A DNA stretch of 64,000 nucleotides from Octopus bimaculoides. Lineage: Eukaryota. The stretch lies in assembly GCF_001194135.2 (NCBI RefSeq), contig NC_068984.1:66329950-66393949 (forward strand). The letters are read 5' to 3'. Under the pieces are notes generated by a model, which did not search any database, was not told the origin of the DNA, and worked only from the letters and a program-made list of their open reading frames with translations. The position numbers and the translations under genes were made by a program. Positions 55,101 to 64,000 of this stretch are shown here, one piece after another (within the stretch, counting starts at the first letter, position 1; the number at the start of each line of letters is the position of its first letter).

Positions 55101-56102
55101 TCTCCGCATAACATATTTCAAAATTCATTCTTGCTGCCCATTTTGCTATTTTTTTTTTTCATTAATCTTCTATCCAAAGCATCATATTTTATGCAAATAT
55201 TAAGATTAATCATGTTATATTTCAGATACTAATTTATTCATATAATCAACTGTATACAGATTATTTTATATGAAGTCTCAAAAGAAATAAAATTAAAAGA
55301 ATGGGTTAACAATAAGAATTTCTTGACTAACACTATAAAAATTCTACATGTATTACCTATTATACATGCTACAACTGTCAAATGTAATGCTTATTTATTC
55401 ACATTGTTTTGAATTAATCATGCATTTTCTGTGTTTTGAGATTTCAATGATATATTGTATATTTTTGGAATGATGTTGTAGGGTAGGTATGAACGGCTGG
55501 ATCAGGCTGGTTTGAACATAAAAAAGGTAGAATATTTGGGGCAGATATGACCAATTGAAATACTTAGAGTCTAAATAGAGATTTTCTGTTTCATTTCTGT
55601 CTTTGTGTAGATTTTATTTTGATCCTTTCTTATTTAAGTTCCTTTTGGTTACAACAATCTCTAATCTATCAGCTCCTTTACTTATTTTCAATCATTTATC
55701 AGCAAAACTCCATCATTTCTCCTGATTCTTTCATTCTCAATTACTCATTTAACATGACTGAGTTGTTGGATGTAATCAGATATATATTAGATATATAAAT
55801 GAAAGCAATTCTTTCTAAAGGCAAAGGAAAGTCAACATCATCTTAGAATCTATGTGTAATCTTTCCCTGGTCTATTTTCATGTAAAGAAATATAAGAGAA
55901 AACTATGGCAGTTCACTTAAAAACCTCAGGGCTGCTTTTGAAGTTTATGAAATACTTAAATCAACGTATCTATGAGGTTTCATCTCTAATTGTATATTAG
56001 CTAACAGTGAAGTGGAATGTCCTTTCTCTCATGAAAGGAATTCCTCTAGGAAGAAAAACTAAATCCTCACTACATCCACATACATACCTATCTACTGATC
56101 TA

Positions 56103-56152
<50 letters not shown>

Positions 56153-57312
56153 CATGCACACGCACACACACACACATACATACATATATATTCACTATTT
56201 GCAACAGTGGAGTTTTGCTGTGTGAGTTTTCAAAAATGTCTGAATACACACACATGAAAAGACTGTCTGAATAATTGGGCAAAGTGTAGATCTGTAGTCA
56301 TATATCAAAATGATAAATGAAATTAATTATGCTATTTTAAAGCTATGTATTTCTTTTAATCAATTCTTATACATAAAAGGCAACAAATGCGGCTTTCCTT
56401 GAAAGCTAACAGTCAGTGCCAACTTTTATGTTGAAAGATCAAACATTTATCTGACTGATTTAACAGGTTTTCTCCGTGACACATAAAACTATGTTAACTC
56501 TTGACTCATAAACACTTCAACAACGGAAAGCTGCACACAAATTTGGTAGATCAGTATTTCATCAAAACAGCATGCTGTTATTGCAGGATTGTAATTTTAT
56601 CCAAGATACAAAAGACTTTAGAAGTTAGCTGAGATTAGAAATAGTAGATTGCAGTTAGAGTGAAAATAATATATTTATCAATGAAATACTGATTCTGTCA
56701 ATGGAATACTGTAAGTGAAAATGATTTAATAAGACATGTCACAGTGCCATAACTCTCATAAATAGTTTTGAAAAATGTCTTTTGAAACAATGAGGTTATC
56801 ATTTTATGTCTGTATTCCTGGCTTTAACAACCTTTATATCTTTTAATTTTATAGAGCTGAGGGGATGTGAATATAACAACTTTTATTAAATTTTTGTGCT
56901 GTTAACTACTTACGTTTGTATTAAAAGTTGGTTACATTTGAGAATGAGAAAGTAGAATCACACAATTCATTTACACCTTGATGTTAGTGCTGTTTAATTA
57001 ATTAATAAAACCTACTTGCTGATCAACCATCTTTAAATTCTGGATTGACTAAGTGTTTTAGTAATTTAGATATCAACATCTACTTTAAACCACTAAAAAT
57101 TCTTTACCGCTTTCAAAGGATTAAGTTCTTTAATTAAATAAATAAAAAAAAGAAAGGAATCAGTAAATAAATAAATAAATAAATAAATAAAAATAAAAGT
57201 AAAAAAATCAGCAAATTATATTTTAGTGTTACAAGATTTCATTGACTATTTTACTTTATACTTGTTTACTCTAGATAAGCTTTTAAAAATTTCTTGTCTG
57301 TAAAATACCAAG

Positions 57313-57625
57313 TGTGGAGGCACATGGCCTAGTGGTTAGAGCAGTGGACTTGCTGTTGAGGGATCACAGGTTCGAATCTCAGACCGGGTAATGTGTGAGT
57401 TTATGAGTGAAACGCCTAAGCTCCACATGGCTCCAGCAGAAGGTAATGGTGAACTTCTGCTGACTCTTTCACCAAAACATTCTTTCCTCACTCTTTCCTC
57501 CTGCATCTAGCAGCTCACCTGTGATGGACTAGAGTCCTGTACAGGTGGGGAACCTATACGCCAACGAAACCAAGAAACCAGCCCTTATGAGCCAGGAATG
57601 GCTCGAGAAGGAACAAACAATAACA
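57313..57625 (+). mobile_element. tRNA-derived SINE, family D, with a V-domain-like segment
   Basis: A box GGCCTAGTGGTTAG and B box GGTTCGAATC. The segment CCTGTGATGGACTAGAGTCCTGTACAGG resembles V-SINE cores (from recall). A/C-rich tail. Confidence 0.7.
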
Positions 57626-58447
57626 ACAAAATACCCAGTACTGATATTTCTTTAATAGTATGACACATTATTTTCCATCAAGCACCTGTATTTGGTTGCT
57701 AAAAACAAGTGCTAACTAACTGAAACTAATGTATCCCTTTTAAGTAATGACTATGCATTTTATTCCAAACAATTCTTTTACTGATGAGAGTTACTACTTT
57801 TCCTCTCAACAATATTTTGTAAAGTAATCCATGCATTTTAAATAAAAATCAAATAAGGAAACATACAATTGATCTCTTTCATGATACATTGCTAATTTAG
57901 TTTGCTGCTTGAGTGAAGATTCAAGCTGGATTAATGATAATTTAAGCATAAAGAACAAAGTTCAAAATTCGATAAAAGAAAGGTGCATTGAATTGGACCA
58001 TGAAATGAACACTGAGTAAAAGAGCCAAATTAGTTCTTCCACATGAAGTAATTACACCATGGTGACAATGTACAAGATAATACTTGTAAAAGTTTGAGTA
58101 GCTCGAAAATCATTGAAGTAGTAGGAATTCTTATTTTTCTTAAAACTGAAAACTAGCTGTTGAAATTTCAGGGTGTTCAACTTGGCCAAGAGATTATATA
58201 AAATTGTATAGTATTATTTTTAATTCTGTTAAGCTACATTCAGTGTTCAGATCCTGCTACAATTAATTCCACCATTCATCCCTTTGGATTTTGTAAAACA
58301 ACTACCATTAAAATTGTAGAATCTATTAAAAAAAAAACACAAAACACCACCAAAGAGAAAGAAAGCAGTTAGCTTTGTACCTAATTGTGGTAGATTTAGT
58401 GGTACATATGTATGTATATATGCATTTGTGTGTATATATATACATTA

Positions 58448-58485
<38 letters not shown>

Positions 58486-58495
58486 NNNNNNNNNN

Positions 58496-58541
<46 letters not shown>

Positions 58542-58800
58542 CACATGATTGACCAGATTATTGAATTATCGAATGCTCTACTTCACTGGTCACAATGTGT
58601 TTTGCTTTGTCTTAGCTGTTGAAAGATACCAGCTTGCTGGCAGGCCAACATTCCCCCTAATTGGAAGGCTAGTCCGTCACAGAGTTACCCACTTACAGCT
58701 GATTTGACTGGAGCACTGTGAAATGAAGTGTTTTGCTCAAGAACACAACTTGTTGTTCAATCTAGAAATCGAATCCACAAACCAGTGATCATGAGTGCAA

Positions 58801-58884
<84 letters not shown>

Positions 58885-58914
58885 TAAATAGATAGATAGA
58901 TAGATAGATAGATA

Positions 58915-59405
58915 GGTGTGTGGTTAAGAAGTCCACATTCCAACCACATGGTTCCGGGTTCTATCCTCTTATATAACACCTTAGGCAAGTGTCATCTACA
59001 ATAGCCCTGGGCTGACCAAAGCCTTGTGAGTGGATTTGCTAGGTAGAAACTGAAAGAAACCTGTTGTATAAGAGGTCTGTTGCATACATTGGAGCTTGAT
59101 GTAGTCCTTTGGCACAGTCGTTCCTGTCAAACTATCCAACCCATGCTAGCATGAACATAGATGTTAAATGATGATGATGATGATGATGATTATGTGTTTT
59201 GCTGAGTGATTTTGTATTTCTCATATCTAGGGATAAAGTTGATTACATTGACCCCAGTGCATAACCTCTACTTATTTGATCGACCCTGAAAGGATGAAAG
59301 GCAAAGTCAACCTTGGTAGAATTTGAACTCAGAACGTAATGGCAGACAAAATACTGATAAGCATTTCACCTGGCATGCTAATGATTCTGCCAGCTCACCG
59401 CCCTT
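58915..59405. mobile_element. SINE-A 5' part (+, ~58915-59070), RTE-tail remnant (~59120-59190) and SINE-B (-, ~59225-59405)
   Basis: Family motifs as described for the other copies. Confidence 0.7.
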
Positions 59406-62368
59406 TTTTGTTATTAAAAAAAGCAATGTTTTAGCTATTGTTTGTTTGACAGTTTGGCAGATTATTATCTTACTTGGAAACAGGTGTGAAGGAAGGTTAG
59501 CAACAAGTAGGAGACATCCACCAATAGAAAACTCTGCCCCCAACATACTCTTATCTGACCCATGCAAGCAAGAAAAGTAGCCATTAAAATAATAATGGAA
59601 ATGATGATGGATAATAGAAAGCACTAGGCTCTAGATGTTAATTTTAATTTTGTGTTGGTCAACTATCAATTTTCATTAATTATTCAGAATATGTCTACTT
59701 ATGCAATTTTAATAAGATAAAATTTGAGAAAATATAAAACCACTTAACTAGCGATGAAATTATGCTATTAGTTATGCTTCTCTACATATTTTAGACCATC
59801 AAAATTTTGTGCTTCTGCTATCAATGTATGAAATTGGAGAAATCTGTTTTTACAATTTCACATATTAAGCTGTATATAGAATAACACTATTTGATTAACA
59901 GGTAAATCCACACTGTGGAGGTGGATGAAGTTTTAGATTACCTAGCTCATGTGTCATGTGTTCAATCCTTTGATGGTCGTTTTTTCTTGTTTTATTTCTG
60001 GGCAAAATGCAGTGCTCTCCCTTATTTCAGTAGAATATTACCTATTGGCATCTTATTCAGAAGATAATTTATATTTCCTCTGCTGAACGCCACGAAATCA
60101 CAGCTAAACACTACCTTTTAAATGATATTAAAACATGACATTCATTTATATCATGTTACAATACTCTGCTTCCTTTTTCTTCTCTTAAATGGTTTTATCA
60201 GAAAGGGAGGGACAGAGCTCTTGGCTTATTCAGGTTTTCTGAGACTGGCTGAAGGAAGGAAGTTTTTCTCAGAATGGAAACTGACTCAAATGCTTGCATC
60301 AGAATAGATTTTGCTGAAGTCTCCCAAGGGCTAGGTAAGGATGTTGAGCTTATATTAATGGATCTGTTAGCTTCACATCTTAAGGGAGCTTCAATGTATT
60401 TACTGAACTTGATGCAAATAGACAAATTTCTTTCACACAGAACCTTAAAAGAATGGAAGAGCATATTGTGTAGTCCTAGATACAGTGATGATAATGAGCT
60501 GACCATCATCCATGAATAAGTATGGCTAGGTAACATGTATCATGTTTTTGTTAATTATTTTAGTTGCTGTAGATACTTATGTAGTTGCAAGCAAGCATAG
60601 ATACATTCTTGACTCCCTCACCCTTTGATCCAATGGCACATCCAGGATTTGACAGTCAGAGAGAGAAAGAAAAAGCTGCATCAGCAGTCAATTGGTGCTC
60701 AATTTCAATTGAGTAGATTGGATACAGTCAGCGTGCTTGTCTAAAAGATGGGTAGGTCACAGCTAGAATACTCTCAATCATAAGTCTGTTTATATGGGGA
60801 TAACTTGAAGCTAAATAACCTCAACATGCTTTGCTTGACCACATCCATGCCAATCTGCATTGTCCACTTTGTCTAAAAGTTTTGCTTGACAGTTCTTACT
60901 TGTATTTGATTTATTGAAAACAACTGTAAACGACTTGAGATTAATGTATCCCTTTTCAATAATACCCATGCATTTTACTCCCAAAGAGCTCATTTGCAGG
61001 TGAGGGTTACTAGTTTTCTTAACGATGTGTTAAATCTTTCATCTTTTATCTGCTTCAGTCAGTGGACTGTAGCCACACTAGGGTACCACCTTGAAGAACT
61101 TTAGTTGAATGAATCAACCCTAATAGTTCTTTATTTTTTAAGCCTGGTACTCACTTTACTTGTTTTTGTTGTTAGTATTAGTATTCCTGATCTTGGATTT
61201 AACTATGTTCAATTCTTTGCTTTAGTAAATTCCATACCTCAGGAATTACACATTTGCCCATGTAGTTCCATCAAGTAGTTTAATCAGTAGTGTACCATTT
61301 AAATTCCACACAAACTCTATTATTCTCATCTAGATATTTCAATCTCTTTCGCAATTTTTAGAAACGAAACAGAATTGAATTGCTCTCTCTTAATCAAAAG
61401 ATAAAAGATTTATTCAGCAGATTGTCAGAAAAGCCAATACTGTTCAAGAAACTGAATTCCACCATATAAAGTCCCTTATTCTTGGATGCACTTCAATAAT
61501 AATACCAGCTGGTTGGTATCTGTATGTTTTATGTTTAAAGAAAACAAAAAAGAAAAGTTTAACGAATCTGTACATTGCTCACTTTTGTTGTTTGTTTGGT
61601 TCTTAGTTCACTGCTAAGTCATTCCAGCCATGACCAACTGGTATTTTAGGAGTATACAAAAGTACATTATTTGATGTGCTTCTTAAACAAAAAAAGCCAA
61701 GAGTGATCTAAGGGGGATTTAGCTGCTATTTCTAGCTGATTGAGCAACTACATAGAAATTCACTGATTGGATTCCTGTGTTTGTTCTTGTTATAAGTTGG
61801 TATTGAGTTTATAGTTCTTTCTTTTTGTATTTCCCCCGCTATTTTTCCATGAATATTTAATCCAAAATTTGCTGAAGTGAAATTCATTGCTCATTCCAAG
61901 CTGTTAATATTTTCTTTTGAATTTGCTTTGTAGTCTATCTATATAATATTGTAGTTAAGTATCAAAAATAATTCTTCGCTATACGCTTCACCAAAATAAT
62001 CTGGCTATTTTGGTTTAAATTTATTGATTGATAAAAGTATTAGGAATAACTAGAAGAATTTAAGCAAGTTCATTTTATTCTTCACTTTCTGCAGCAAATA
62101 GATTTCATAAACAGTCAATTCAATCAATTATGATGGAAAGATTGAAGCAAGGTCTGAATTTATAACTCTGACCTATGGTGTGATAAAATATTCCAACTAC
62201 TTTCTCAAGGGAAAATTATTTCAACGTTATTCTAAGATGATTCATTAATAATTTGTTAGATGTAATCCTATATTATGTATTTGATTCAGAGAATTATAAT
62301 TTGCCTACAACTCTCAATGCTGATAGATTATATTATATTATAAGCAAGTTAAATATTATGTCTTACAG

Positions 62369-62446
62369 TAACAGCCAGTACTGAAGATGAGACTGGTATC
62401 AAATTTACTGACATACTGATATTAATCGGTGTTGATCTTGGAATTG
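62369..62446 (+). CDS. Candidate phase 1-1 coding exon
   Basis: Acceptor TATTATGTCTTACAG, donor G/GTAAGC, 78 nt, single open frame: TASTEDETGIKFTDILILIGVDLGI. Confidence 0.3.
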
Positions 62447-63469
62447 GTAAGCTGTCTATTTGGAAGTCTTATATGAGGATTAGTCAACTGATATTTGAAA
62501 CTTGTCAGAAATTAAAAGCTTTATGAAAGGAGAGCATCCTTTAAGTTATTTAATGTGACCAGAAGGCTCACAACAGAAGAAAAGTAGCAATGTAGAGAAC
62601 AAAGGACACTGGTTAGTATTAACCAAGTTAATTAACACGAAAATTAGTTCAGGGATTACTCTTGTGTTTGCAACACCTTCCAATATGGATGGACTTAGAT
62701 TTTAAACCATCTGGAATGTTAAAACTTGCTTTGATTTTAAGAACTTTGTGATTTGATAATAATTATATGATTGCCTTTCTCTATGCTACAGATCTTTAAT
62801 AGACCTGAACACATCTACCCATTAACAAGGGTATTTGACTACCTGGTCGTAGATTGTGAGTTTGAAATAGATCCACAGTGCAAGTTCTTGTGGTGATCTT
62901 TGTAGCCAAACGACATACACAACAGTTGAGGGAAATAAGATCACCAGAAGGTTCTGAGTCCAATTCTTACTGAAGGTGACATTTCAAAATAGAAAAATTA
63001 TAAAAAATAACAGGGGTACACACAGAAATCAGTGGTCCTTTTGACCAAGCAATATAGACAACAGGTCAAAGAAATAAGATCACTTGAAGGTTCTGAGTTC
63101 AATTCCTGAAAAAGGCAGCATTTCAGAAATAGCAGGAGTTTACATAGGAATTGTAACCTACATAGGCCCAGCTCACTTAGAGTGCCAGTAACTAACAGAA
63201 CAAAAGTTTTGATGGGTATTCTTACTTTGAAGATTTCTCCCACTGTCCACTCACCTCGCAGTGAGTGTCCATTTAACTACTGAGTGCAAAATTGTTTACA
63301 AGAATTTCAATATTTCTTCTTAAAACACATAATTCTATATATTGTTTCAATATATCAGGCTGTTGGCAGCAGATAATAGATGTTAAATATATTATACTAG
63401 CATTCTATCCAGGCAAAGGTTTACCTCTCATCTGCAAGTAATATGTTGGATTGTTTTTGAATTACAAAA

Positions 63470-63740
63470 AAGTGCAGTCATGGTTGTGTGATTAAGAAGC
63501 TCACTTTGCAACCCTATGGTTTTAGTCCAGTCCCACTGTGCAGCACTTTGAGCAGGGTGTCGTCTAGTATAACCCTGAACCAACCAATTCCATGTAAGTG
63601 AATTTAGTAAATGAAATCTATGTGGAGGCCTGTTTTGTGTATGTGTGTCTTTGTGTCTGCCTCCACCACCACCACCACCACCACCACCAAATGACTGGTG
63701 TTGGTTTGTTTTCATCCCCATAACTTAGTGGTTCAGCGAC
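63470..63740 (+). mobile_element. SINE-A, diverged
   Basis: Head, core and 3' body motifs are recognisable. Confidence 0.65.
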
Positions 63741-64000
63741 AGAGACTGCAGACCAATGACAAAAATAAGTAAAAAAAAGAGAAACGGTAAAAGCATATAC
63801 TAGTGTAGGAATGAATGCTATTTAAAAATCCAGCCATTACATTTCAGCTGCAAAGAAATAATATGCTTTGCCTGTGTATTACAATTATAATGTTTATTTG
63901 ATTTATTTATTATCACATATAGTGAACTTCAACATAAGTAATCACAAGTTTCCAATAGATGAATCACCAGTTCACTGTATTTTGCATTTCTAATGTTAAG

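Noticed and set aside
57313-57390. tRNA-like sequence with A and B boxes
   Set aside because: The acceptor stem cannot close and it continues into a SINE body, so it is a SINE head, not a tRNA gene.
60198-60536. Overlapping 81-112 aa ORFs; DFAEVSQGLGKDVELILMDL and YSDD loosely resemble a CR1-type RT
   Set aside because: The motif spacing is far too short for an RT and the DFSKAFD motif is absent. It cannot be supported as either LINE or exon without a search.
62420-62446. LIGVDLGI resembles RuvC-I of TnpB/Fanzor or an Hsp70/sugar-kinase phosphate loop
   Set aside because: It is an 8-residue match only. There are no downstream RuvC-II/III, zinc-finger or other family motifs nearby.

Overview
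This is AT-rich, microsatellite-dense animal DNA with six assembly gaps. The repeat families match what I recall of Octopus/cephalopod genomes (inference, not a search result). I could not identify a host protein-coding gene, rRNA, true tRNA gene or CRISPR array with confidence. Most ORFs in the supplied track are artefacts of (CA)n/(TA)n tracts or N-runs. The window is a layered transposon landscape: several tRNA-derived SINE families, RTE-type LINE fragments, two decayed mariner elements, Tc2/pogo-like, piggyBac-like and hAT-like MITEs, and a 5'-truncated R4/Dong-like retrotransposon sitting in a (TAA)n tract. The best candidate for an undescribed system is at 16.2-17.36 kb. A decayed Penelope GIY-YIG ORF end is followed on the same strand by a tRNA-derived head with a 5' inversion, a (TAA)n(CAA)n linker and a minimal hammerhead-ribozyme fold, which may be a Penelope-mobilised, ribozyme-bearing SINE. 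Also notable are a 134-bp near-perfect foldback at 23.45-23.74 kb and a few low-confidence candidate exons.
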